Assembly: GCA_032718475.1 (NCBI GenBank)
Contig: JAUCBJ010008313.1
Coordinates: forward strand, 186,001 to 250,000
Source: Nemertoderma westbladi
Taxonomy: Eukaryota; Animalia; Xenacoelomorpha
Length of the DNA stretch: 64,000 bases
Direction of reading: 5' to 3'
The number at the start of each line of letters is the position of its first letter. The first letter of the stretch is position 1. Below, piece by piece: positions 36,301 through 47,649 of the stretch. A model generated the notes under the pieces. It had not been told where the DNA came from and did not search any database. It worked only from the letters and a program-made list of their open reading frames with translations. Made by a program: the position numbers and the translations under genes.

Positions 36301-36531
36301 AACCTACTTCGGGAGATGCTAGATAAGTGGGAGGGTGTGGCCGATTACCACATCCAAGCGCAGATGCGTTGGTTACCGTTTAAAGCAGGATACAGATTTT
36401 GGGCAGTAGACCCATCAAACGTTGCGTATGAGCCGTATCTACAGTCGTTACCACAATATCAGGAGCTAATATTGACCGCTCAAGATCTTCCGCAGAACAC
36501 TGGAGTCATCGGGAATACTTCAGACAGTTAA
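33394..36531 (+). pseudogene. BEL-2 copy 2 accessory ORF3 (exonuclease and knuckles)
   Basis: ORFs 33394-34038, 34114-34890, 34772-35941, 35932-36228 and 36316-36531 are homologous to 22241-25382, with mostly different lesions. Confidence 0.75.
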
Positions 36532-36533
36532 AC

Positions 36534-37123
36534 ATGGATAACAAATATACTTGGAACTTTGTTGCTATTTGCGACCGTATAACGAAAGGTCTATTTTTGG
36601 AAACTAGAAAGGTGGTGCGCGCGCGAGGAGATTGGAGGATGGCGGCTATACAATACCGCAACGAGTTCCTATTGACTCACGTACCGGTGGGGTCATTGAC
36701 TGCTGAGAGGATCAAGGAACAGCGAACTGCAGCGCCCACAGCGACAACGTTGGAGCTCAAGGCTTGCGGAGAGAACCAGGAGGAGAAGTCCAAGACAAGC
36801 GTCAAGTCAAGGACGACCACTATCATTCAATTATAGAGGCACAATGATTACAGCGCAAGGCGCAAGGCGCGTCCGAGAAAGCGCGTGTGCAATTGCAGAA
36901 GGAAGAGTTGGCGGAAGCGACCACAGGAGCACGACAATTGGGACGAGGCCGAGGGAGAAGCACCAGCCGGGAATCAGTCGGGGCTCAGGGAACATCGTCG
37001 CCGGTTCCGGGGAGTGACGCCTCACGGACGCCGTCAACAGAGTCTACAGGGGGTAGACTGGTATATCTGGGAAGGGGGCGGAAGAGAGGAGCGAGCCCGA
37101 AGAACCCAGGAGCGGGTCGGTAA
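36534..37123 (+). pseudogene. BEL-2 copy 2 accessory ORF4
   Basis: Homologous to 25385-25975. Confidence 0.5.
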
Positions 37124-37641
37124 TGCAAGCGTATCATGGAGCGACAGACTCTAGATATATACATCATCGTCACTCTGATGTATATTGTAGCATTTTTGTA
37201 AATATCCGACTGGACTCATATATACTAGTCGTAATAATTTGAATTTATATTATGAGAGAGGCGAAGGAGGTGATTGGGGAGACAAACCTGCAGGTTTGGC
37301 TTACTCGTTTCACCTACCCTAGCAAGTTTTATAGAGAAAGCAGTATTTTTGTAAATTTAATTTGTATGTAGTAATCATTATGTTGAACGAACGAGAAAGC
37401 AATATTTTTGTAAATTTAATTTGTATGTAATAATCGTTAACATTGAAAGAGATAATATTTTGTAAATTTAATTTGTATGCAATCCATTATGCAATATCTA
37501 TGGCAATATTTGTAAATAGTAGAAATATTATAGTATCAAGTTATTTAGATTATTTGAAAGCGAATTTATTTTGTTTTGTATACATCGCCCTATACTCTTC
37601 TACAATTGGAGGGAAACATTGCTTGATTTCCCTTGGAGCGG

Positions 37642-39878
37642 TGTTACGGTATATGGCGCTGTACCTACATTAGTCCGTTATACAGTATAATATATTAGCC
37701 GTTATACAGTATAATATATTAGCCGTTATACAGTATAATATATTAGCCGTTATACAGTATAATATATTAGCCGTTGTACAGTATAATTATTTAGATAAGA
37801 CATAATAACGCGCAATGATATTTAGATAAGGAAAATAAAACGCCCATATATTTGAATTCATCCATTTTGTATAGTATGTAGCCCGACCTACGTAATTTTG
37901 TAATAGGATATAAGTAAATAGTTCCAGTGTAGCAAGTTTCCTGTTGGACCCTGGATATAAGCTTGCTGTTATTAGCCTCAATAGGCCTAGCTATGTATTG
38001 GTCTTAATTTTCTTTATAATTGCGCTAAATTAATCTTTGTGCATCATATTATTAGTACCGCTAAATTAAGCATCGCCAAAATTACCATATATGGTAATAA
38101 TTTGTGATTTCGGGAGCGAGAGGTTCACAATCCGGCTTCCTTATTGGCCTAAATGCTTCCAGGTTGGTCTAATGGTAGCGCGGATTGGGGAGCCAATGAG
38201 AGAGCGATTGCATCATCCTCCATGAATCACCTATAAATAGGCGGTATTTCCGGTATGTGCTTTGTAATTCTTTGTAATTTGTAACCCTAGTCGTAATTTA
38301 GACTAATTATTCTGTATTTTGCGTATTTCTGCCTTTTCCAATTATTTCTTGTAATAATTCGCTAATTTGTAATCTCTGCTGATTTCTTGGTGTGTTTCTC
38401 AATCAATCCCAATGATTACTGTTAATAACAACTGGAACTATTATTTCTACCCTTTAGTTAACGGTTCTATGTGATTCCTTTCGATGCAATAATCCCACAG
38501 AATTTTCTTAGACTGTCAGACTTTGTGATTTGCATGCGCTGTTACGGTAGCTACCCATTAGATGGAGGGCTGAGGTACTGGTATGCGCGGCAGGCGCATC
38601 GGGGGGTTAGCGACGAAGGGAGTGCGGAGGATTCAAAGGCAAGCAACGCTGGCGGGGAGGTCACCGTTGCAGTCGGTCAGTTAGCATTGTAGAGTGAAGA
38701 CTGCTCGCTGGTACAGTAATTAAGGGCTGATGATCCAGATTTTGTCTCTATTTTGTAGTATTAGGGGGGCAGGAATTGGGTTAGTTAGGAAGCCTAGATG
38801 TACCCGGGAGAGGCCTGCGTTCCTTATATTGCGAGCTAAACTGTAGACTATGTCGCAAACTATGTGCGAACTGTAGATTGCGAGTTGTGAACTGTGAATT
38901 GCTGACTGCTGATTGTGAATTGTGCATTAAGAACTATAATTGGTAAGTATAAACTATTGATTGTTACGCTGATTGGTGTGTTACTAAAGTGTGCCTAATA
39001 AATCACGAATGCTTGGATAGGTGCTCTTTTCCCTTTGATTGATTTCTATTTCTTAGTTTACTATAAATAATTACTGATTAGGTCGAAAATAATACGGTAT
39101 TTAGACTGTTACTAGTGCAACCCGTTACGTAATAAATTAGAATTACGCATTCTGGAACACTTAGTAATTAGTACGCTGTTGCATATTTGTGACTGTAATT
39201 AATTAATAAAATTAAGAATTTGTATGCAGCATAGCGGAGAGTAGTTAAGGTAATAATTTGGAGTACCGTAAACTATTCACGCTGGGCGGTTATTTGAAAT
39301 CAGCGGGCAATAAGTTAGATCGCAGTATCCAGTACGCAGCACGCATTAGTAAATTGCTGGCCTAAAGCCAGCCGGAGGCAAGTTTAGTCCCATAGTAGGT
39401 ATCATTCCCTGATATAAAAACTGTACCAATTTTTTGATTATTTAAATATTCTCACATTCACATTCCGTTAGGGAACCCCAGTATTTGCGATTAGAAAAGA
39501 CGTAATTATTAGCGCATTTTAACAGTAAAATTAGGCCATAAGAATACACTCTGAGTGTAAAGCCTCTCACACTCGTCTTAAGTAAGCTTAGGGAGCCGAT
39601 TCGGGTTTATTGTTTTGGTTATTCCCGCATGGCTCATATGTTCGAACAGTTAGCTCTCTATCGAGCGATCGGTAGAGAAAGGAACAAGCGATTAGTAGGA
39701 GCCGTAGAAAATTAGTAAAATATATTAGCGGACGGCAGGTTAGCGCCATCCAACGGTAAGTAGCAGTTTTGTATTTAGCAGCCCTACAGTAGTAATAGCA
39801 CGCTCCTGATTACCCCTGTTTAACAGTAGAGCAGTCTTTGTGTCTTTATTGGTTAGGCAGGGACCCGCTAGTTTAACA
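37642..39878 (+). repeat. BEL-2 LTR 3 (2237 bp)
   Basis: Direct repeat of LTR 1 and LTR 2; followed by TSD AGGTC. Confidence 0.95.
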
Positions 39879-42470
39879 AGGTCCGTGAGAGAGAGAGAGT
39901 AAGGGACAATGAGGTCCGCGAGAGAGAGAGTAAGGGACAGAGGGGTCCGAGAGTGAGATTAGAGTGAAGACGTAGAAAATTGTGTGAAGAGAGAGCACAA
40001 TTGTCTCGAACAGAGGTACAAGGTGCAACAAGGTACAGAGGTGCAACATAGCTCGCGATTGCACCAAGGAGGGTTAGCAATAACATACCCAGGGGGCCGG
40101 CCTAGAAAGCCGACCCCAAGAAAAGAACTCCACCCCACACCATATATTAGATTGGGTTCCAGCGGAATTGAAGCGCACTTAAGGTTGATGCTATCTTCTC
40201 ACCTGGAAGATAGCATGGGGGGGTGTAAGTGGATTCAATTCCGCTTCATTACCCACCAGAAAATGGGACCAGTGGGATTTTAGCAATATGTTGGGAATAC
40301 GAGATTACGAATATTAATCTCGTCTCATAACCAACATTGGGGGGGGGGGGGGGGGGGCACAAGCACTAAAGCTACAGATAGAGACGAGAGGTCAAACCAC
40401 CTCAGAGGGAACATAGCTAGTAGAAGCTAGCAGCGGGGGGAAACACTCACAGGGAGTGCCAAAGTGACAATTAGTATATTAGCCAATAGTGGGGAGGGAA
40501 GCACGTGATTAGACATAGGAAAGCATCCATTGGGTACAGAGGGCCAAAGTACAGTAAGAGGTGAAATCAATATTCGTGTGTGTTAATCATATATTATCCT
40601 ACATTACTGATTTACCGGTCAGTTGATTCAGTTACTCAGTTGCAGACCGGTCATAGTTAATGACCGTCACCGCCATTAACATCAGCAATTAATCTGTATT
40701 TTCTGCTATCATATTTTCTGTATCGTTACTGATTTATTGTGCTATTATCGTTCGAACCACCAATATTCAGAAACAACAGAAACTCTTATTGTTTTCCCCA
40801 ACGGCCTTCGGCCAAAGCAACTAGCACGACTGCCCAGCAGAATGGTGACGCGTACATATCTACCCCGGTCGGGATCTCCGATCCTGTCACATTAACTGGT
40901 TGGATATGCAGTGCTTTTGTAAACCTAAAAACAACACAACGTGGGAGGATCTTTCGTGAGGATTCTCCCACACCAGGCATAAGTGTTGCAACATTAGTAT
41001 ATAGAAAGTGGAGCTTACTCGGGGCGTTTTACAATTTCCTAGGAATTATATGTTCTGAAATTTGCCACGCTTGTAGTTTTCGTTAGTCTAAGAATTTTCC
41101 ACGTTTTTTTTTTTTTAATTTAGATGTTCAACATTTCCAAATTGGCAACCAAATGTGGATTTTTGTCCCAATTTGGAAACTACTAGCACTAAATGGTTAA
41201 ATTCGGAGTGAAGGCGACTGAAATCCTCAATGTGCGGATAAATTTGAAAGTTTGATTAAAAAATTTCGTTTAGCCAAATTTGGCCATTTTGGCCAGATAT
41301 TAATTTTACCCAAAAAATAACCCAATGGTATATTTTTACGTTGTTTTGTCGCTATCACCAAAGCAGTTTGGCCATTTCGATTTAAACTCATACCGAATAC
41401 ATATCCAATACAGTTGCTCATCGGGTCGAAAAATATTGGCCAAAAATATTGAACAGTATGCCAATAATTAAACTTTTAGCCAATTTTTGGCCAAATTGAT
41501 TTTTTTTGGATTTTAAATCATTATAACTCTGTTTCTTTTAATTAAAACGAAACCGTTCCACTTGGGTAATATATAGGGAATGTAGTAGTTCCATACTGTT
41601 ATTGATATTGTGCGTTGCCTGAATATTAATGGCTGCAAATTGGAGCCGAAAAATGGTAATTTTGGAAGTTGACAAAATAGGTTTTGGTAGAAAGTGGTTT
41701 TCTCCGAATTATGTCATTATATTTTTCTGAAACTTTAACACCTCTACATGATCTTAACAGCTCTACATTTTATCAATTTAATGTTAATGCAAAAAGTCTT
41801 TGCTTCTTGTAGAAAATAAGGGCCAAACTTAAGAAATCTGTATTTTCTGGAAATTTAGCCCAAAATTAGGCACTCAAAATGCCATATATTGTATCGGCTT
41901 AAATTGCATTTTTCCGTAAATCCTTCAAATTAGTTTCTTAGAATGCCAGTTTCTTAGATTGGCCAAAAAAATTTTAACTTTGAATTTTTTTTAATTTTAG
42001 CCTCAGATTACTTCAAAATTGTTGCTGCAGGTATAAAACCTGCCTTCAAAATTACTTATTTTACCAATTTACCCAAAATACTGTATATTTATTGATAAAG
42101 GACCAGTTATGGTATCATATTGATTTGTTTCTTACAAATTAATATTTAGTAAAGGTTCTTACGCTATCTAGTGCTATTACACCTATATTCGATCTAATTT
42201 CTACTGTAAAGGCCTAATAAACCTCAAATTGAATACGTGATGCTTATTGGCTAAGCTCCTTGCCGATAAAGCTACTGTAGTATATACTTGTGGTTGTGCT
42301 ATGATTGATTTTACTCTCTTTTTGTTATTGTTTAACAGAAGAAGTCGCACTGCCCATGCAGAGGCTTTGATCCCCGGTCAAGTTTAATTGACTGGTGGTT
42401 ATTACAGGCCTAAGGTCTAAACTTAAAGAGTTAATAATTGAAATATAATTATTCATCGCTACATTGTATA

Positions 42471-42536
42471 TTCTACTGGTTTATTCAATTTATTCTACTG
42501 GTTTATTCAATTTATTCTACTGGTTTATTCAATTTA
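42471..42536 (+). repeat. 22-bp tandem repeat, three copies
   Basis: TTCTACTGGTTTATTCAATTTA three times. Confidence 0.9.
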
Positions 42537-43399
42537 TCTTTATTATTTGCTTAATATATCGCCGATATTACGTAATCATGGAGGTTTTACACGCGCCACA
42601 ACAGGTGGGTTGCTGTAACTAAGTATCAGTGATAATCTGGACAATTGTATCAGATTTGTGTATTTCATACCTCTGAATTACTAAATAATTAATATATGGC
42701 GATATTTCAGACCATTTATGTAAGCAAAGCTCTCATTATTAATTACACCACGATTGAGAGTTGTCACAAATTGAATACTGTAACGATATAGATATAATTA
42801 GACCCAAAGACTTGTCACTATACGTTTCCCCTAAAGGGAAACACAATCACCAGACTTGAGTTCTTACAGAATTAAATAGTCAGTCATTTGCTTGTTATAC
42901 TGTGTTGTCACACCCTCCCGGTATAGTATCTCAGTCAAATACAATAGATAATCAAATAACGTATTGAACTAAGTGAAATATAGAGCAAATCAATGCATCG
43001 AAGGGAAAAAGGGTAAATAAACAGATACAGTGAGCGGCCCTTGTTGACAGGTACACTAGCGCAATCCCGTTTATTGTATCAGACCGGACATCTTGCCTTC
43101 ATTTTTGCATGGTTTATTAAGTAACAGAAAAGAGTCAAAATATATTAAAATTGAGAGTGAAAGAACATAATTTACTAAAAGCGCTAACACAAATCCTCCT
43201 ATTATCGTATTATCCTCGCAATTACCTCGTAATTTAAATTTAAATCAAACCTGTCTGTTCAATCACTATCTGTCATTGCAACTTAATTTGGTTGATTCTT
43301 TCTTTCTTTGTTTATTTATATATTTATTTTTATATTGTATTTCTGTCTACTACCTGTAAAATAAATTCAAGCTACATCGACATTACCGAATCGCTACTC

Positions 43400-43858
43400 A
43401 TGATTGACATCCCCCCCCCCCCCCCCATTTATGTAAACACATACAATTATGAAGGTTTTACACTCTCAGAAAGGGATATTGGAAGCTTGGACGGCCAAAA
43501 TTGGGTAACAGATAACATTATAGAAAGTGTCATTGGTGTAATGTGCATTGAGAATGCACAGAAAGTACGAGATTTCAGCACTCGCTTTTTTTATATACTA
43601 TGAAGCAAAGGAGGTTATGAATCATTAAAAATATGGAGCAGATTAAGTGACTTTTCATCAGATTACTTATTCTTCCCCATCCATTGTAACAACCATTGGA
43701 CACTGCTTACCTTTTCACCCGCCACATGGGAGATTTGCTATTTCAACTCACTTGGTGGATTGGAATTAGAACTCATAGATGACTTCAAATTATGGGTATC
43801 TAATGAGGCTAATCGTTTCAGTATCCCTCTATGTTCGCGGTATTTCAACTTTCCATAA
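43400..43858 (+). pseudogene. Ulp1/SENP (peptidase C48) fragment
   Basis: Reading through the TGA at 43601: LSERDIGSLDGQNWVTDNIIE..FSTRFFYIL*SKGGYESLKIWSR..LFFPIHCNNHWTLL..ICYFNSLGG. The catalytic Gln/Cys segment is missing. Confidence 0.8.
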
Positions 43859-44129
43859 CGCGAGTTGAATATTTTTGTATTTTATTAAAATTGATTATTC
43901 CGATATTACTACTGGGTGCGGGACCATGGGTTTTGGGCACATTCAATAAACTGGGGGCGATTTATGGGCGAACTTTGGGGCAACTTACAGGGTACGGGAA
44001 TAATTTCATAGTTATAAGGGCCAGGGGGGATGGAAAATGCAAGCAGTATTCAGGTTAGCCTGAGTACTATTAGGCCCTGGCCAACTTCCTGCTGCCTGTA
44101 GGGGTGGATTTGGTAATGCGCCAGGCCTA

Positions 44130-45060
44130 AAGGACAAGGACTGCCCTTAGCGGTCCCTGGCCAACGGCAGCTACTACGAGCCTGAAAAGGACTCGGAACG
44201 CTGACTGCTTGTGTCAGGGATTTGCGACGGGCACCGACGGCCCCTTAGTAGCCAAGCCGTTCTGGGTCTCGATGATCGAACCCCGGGGTTCGTGAGGGGT
44301 GGAGCGGACACGCGAACAGGTGGCCAACTTAAGACTGCCCCCTGACCTAAGCCGTACTGGTTCTCGATGACCGATCCCTTCGGGGTTCGTGAGGGGTGGG
44401 ACGGACATGCGAAAGGGCTGGCCACAGGACTGGTTTGACAGGACTGCCCTTAGCGGTCTCGGGTCAACTGCGGCTACTACGAGCCTGAAAAGGACTCGGA
44501 ACGCTGACTGCTTGACTGTGATTTGCGACGGGAACCGACGACAGACCCCTTAGCCAAGCCGTTCTGGTTCTCGATGATCGTTCCCTTCGGGGTTCGTGAG
44601 GGGTGGAACGGACACGCGATGGGGTCGAAAGACAAAGGACTAGACTCGACTAGACTCTACTGGCCTACCGACTGTTCGGAGCAGTTTCTCGGCTGCTGAA
44701 GCAACTACGAGCCTGAAAAGGACTCGGAAAGCCTAGGTGGTTGGGTTTCTGTGATGAACTGACGGACCCCTAGCCAAGCCGTTCTGGTTCTCGATGATCG
44801 AACCCTTCCGGGTTCGTGAGGGGTGGAACGGACACGCGAACGGGTCCACCGACACGACAGACTCTTAGCCAAGCCGTACTGGTTCTCGATGACCGAACCC
44901 TTCGGGGTTCGAGAGGGGTGGTACGGATACGCGACAGAGTCTACCGACTGGACCGACCCTTAGCCAAGCCGTGCTGGTTCTCGATGATCGTTCCCTTCGG
45001 GGTTCGTGAGGGGTGGAACGGACACGCGACAGGGTCGACCGACACCGACACTACGGCACT
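44130..45060. repeat. GC-rich complex tandem repeat with six ~70-nt hairpin modules
   Basis: CCAAGCCGTTCTGGTTCTCGATGATCGAACCCTTCGGGGTTCGTGAGGGGTGGAACGGACACGCGA at ~44252, 44346, 44554, 44774, 44869 and 44964; CTACGAGCCTGAAAAGGACTCGGAA at 44174, 44477 and 44705. Confidence 0.88.
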
Positions 45061-45543
45061 AAGACTGGGACTGAGGGAAAATCTGGGGAACATTAGGTAG
45101 GCTAAAATTCTGAGCGAACAGTGGGTTATTAAATAATATACCGTAGGGATTTATATTATCGTGTATAATTATTGTGAATATTTGGTGTATATTGATTTGG
45201 GGAAGCCCAAAATTATTCTTAATCAAGGTTCAACAGAGTTCAGTTACATTAAAGAGTATATCCAACTAATGCAGCTTTTCTCAACCGCAAACTTGCATCT
45301 TAGAAATATTCCCTCCCCACAATCAATATCCGGTGACTGGCCGGGGCTCGGTGGTCTGTTAAGTCACGTCTCCAGCATCGGCGTTTTTCCCCCTGGTGTA
45401 GGAATAACGGCAACACTCTATGTGATTTTCATATTTCTCCTCCACTCCCTAAGAAGTTTGCAAAACTTATCCTAAATAAGGAGCTGATTGAAGCAGTTAT
45501 CGATACCTCTATTCAGTCCTTTCGTGTATATCTTCATTTATTT

Positions 45544-47200
45544 GTGTCATCAAAATCAGTTCTAGTGAAAGCTACAGACTCAGTGCCCTCACAACCCACT
45601 AACACCCAGGTATCTTCCACCCAACCAGTTTCTCCTCAAACCCCTCAATCCTCACCAACTCAGCTAGGGTCTTTTAACCAGCCTCCTGTTGCACAAACTG
45701 GCAAAAATCTATGCCCTTCTTGCCAAAAAATGATTGCAGCCAATCAAAGTGGTAAGTTGCAGAAGCATAAGAATGTGAAGAGTGCATGATCCTTTATAGA
45801 ATCTGGTTTTATAATTTCCCACTTAACTAGCCTTACATATCTAAACCTCAAAATCCAGCAATTACATCTAGAGTGGGGGATACTATATCAATAGCAGAAG
45901 ATCCAAGCACCACCAAGGTATGTGTGAAATCACCCTCGGCAGACTCAAACGTATATGGTGTTGAACCTGATCTTCCTGATTATAATCCATCACATGCCCC
46001 TAATTTCTTTTGGGGACCCATTTGTGGCAAAGATCTTGTTATTTCAGTTGATGAACTATACTCTACTGATGTACATTGGTGTAAGAACTGCTTCAAGTTG
46101 CCTTCAGGTAAAGCAGGGAAAGATTACATTGAGGAAACTAACAGTCTTTTGTCTGGCTGGGAGTCAGGCTCTCCTTTAGAGGGTGTAGCATTCAAACTTG
46201 TTAGGTTAAAGATGTGGGAATGTGGTAAATTCGAGGATTTACTTCGTGACTCTCTAGCAATTCAAAAAAAGCTTCAACAATCTTATCCTGCTAACAAACC
46301 TATGGATACTGCCAGGATTTTGAGTAAACTTGTTTTTGAAGAAGGTAAGATAAGTGCAGCGATTAGATTACTTGAGAATTCGGATGGGAGGTTCCTAGAT
46401 CTCAGTAGCAGCGTTGTTGAAGAACTATATTCGAAACATCCACCAGCTGCCAGATTCTCACTTGATTATACACTAAGTTAATTCCTCCCAGCACCTTCTC
46501 ATCTATTACAGGTGAAATGGATTTCAAAGCTGCTTAGGGATAAGATGTATTTCGGGTCCTTCTGGCCTTGATGCAGAATCTTTAAAGAGGATTCTATGCT
46601 CAAAAGAGTTTCGCTCAAAGTCCACTGAACTCTGCCAAACTATCGCTAAAGTAGCCCAGCGCCTTGCTACAGAGCCCGTTGACCCTAATAGCATTGAAGC
46701 CCTTGTAGCCTCTCATCTTATACCTTTAAATAAAAATCCTGGAGTTCGTCCGATAAGTGTTGGGGAAGTCCTTAAGTGGCTAATAGGTAGAATTATAGTA
46801 AGTGTTGTGAAAGGGGATGTAAAACACACTGCTGGGCCTCTACAGACGGCGGGAGGGCATTCAGCTGGAGTAGAAGCAGCAATACATTCTTTTGTGGAAG
46901 AGTTTAGAGAATGAGGGTATTTTAATGATTGATGCATCGAATGCCTTTAACATGTTGAACAGATCAGTAGCCCTCCTCCATATCATCAGAATTCTTTGCC
47001 CTGCTATATCCCTATATGTCATTAACACTTATCGTAGGAAAATACTGTGTTGTTATTGAGCTTGGGTCCAACGAAGGAAATACCCAAGGTGACCCTTTAG
47101 CATTCCCCTGGTATAGCATATCCATTAATCCACTTCTCTACCACTATCACACTTGAATAAAGTCCATCTGGTTTGCTGATGACTCCAATGGCATAGGTAT
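45544..47200 (+). mobile_element. Degenerate CRE-clade non-LTR retrotransposon (third family), 3'-truncated
   Basis: CPSC..KH finger, FKLPSGKAGKDYI, GKISAAIRLL, HPPA, GPSGLDA, LIPLNKNPGVRPISVGEVL, AGVEAAIH, IDASNAFN, EGNTQGDPLA and WFADD across broken frames. Confidence 0.85.
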
Positions 47201-47649
47201 TAGGTAATATTCTAGATATCAAGAAATACTTTCCTGGTTGGTGACATCTATACTGTTGTTAGTTTTAACGTTTGAAGAATTCCAGACTGTCTAACTGTCA
47301 GTCTAGTCTGTCTGTTTATCAGACAATCTGTCCATCGGTCAGTCGAAATTTAGGAAAGGACACTACCCCACTAACACATTAGTTAAAGAGGTTTTCCATT
47401 TCCGTTTCCAATGTGTATTTCATTCATTACTTTTCGACTGACAGACAGGCCAACAGACACAAAGACAGACAGGCAGACAGATATGCATGCAGGCAGGCAT
47501 GTAGAATGACAGGCAATCTAGAATACATGAAACATTAAAACTGACATTATAAATATGATCACTAAACAGGAAAAGTCCTATAGCGAAATTTGTACATTGC
47601 ATGTGTATCTTAAATTTTGTCAGACTGACCAACTGACAGACAAGCAGAC

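Larger units (their letters stand above)
10201..39878 (+). mobile_element. BEL/Pao family BEL-2: tandem LTR-internal-LTR-internal-LTR array
   Basis: TGTTA...TAACA termini; 5-bp TSD AGGTC at 10196-10200 and 39879-39883; three near-identical LTRs and two homologous interiors. Confidence 0.95.
4200..40327 (+). mobile_element. 3' LTR of BEL-1 (~1.5 kb net), split into 4200-4432, 8921-9325, 9771-10200 and 39879-40327 by three insertions
   Basis: Starts TGAGGACGAGA after the PPT and ends TCTCGTCTCA (40318-40327), an imperfect inverted terminus. Its internal tandem repeats resume in register across each insertion. Confidence 0.75.

Noticed and set aside
41100-42300. AT-rich stretch with recurring TTGGCCAAA, possibly a non-autonomous DNA transposon
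   Set aside because: No termini or target duplication could be identified.
44130-45060. CRISPR array, hammerhead retrozyme or SECIS
   Set aside because: Spacers are related to each other, no CUGANGA/GAAA core was seen on either strand, and the apical stem is too short and lacks the AA loop of a SECIS.
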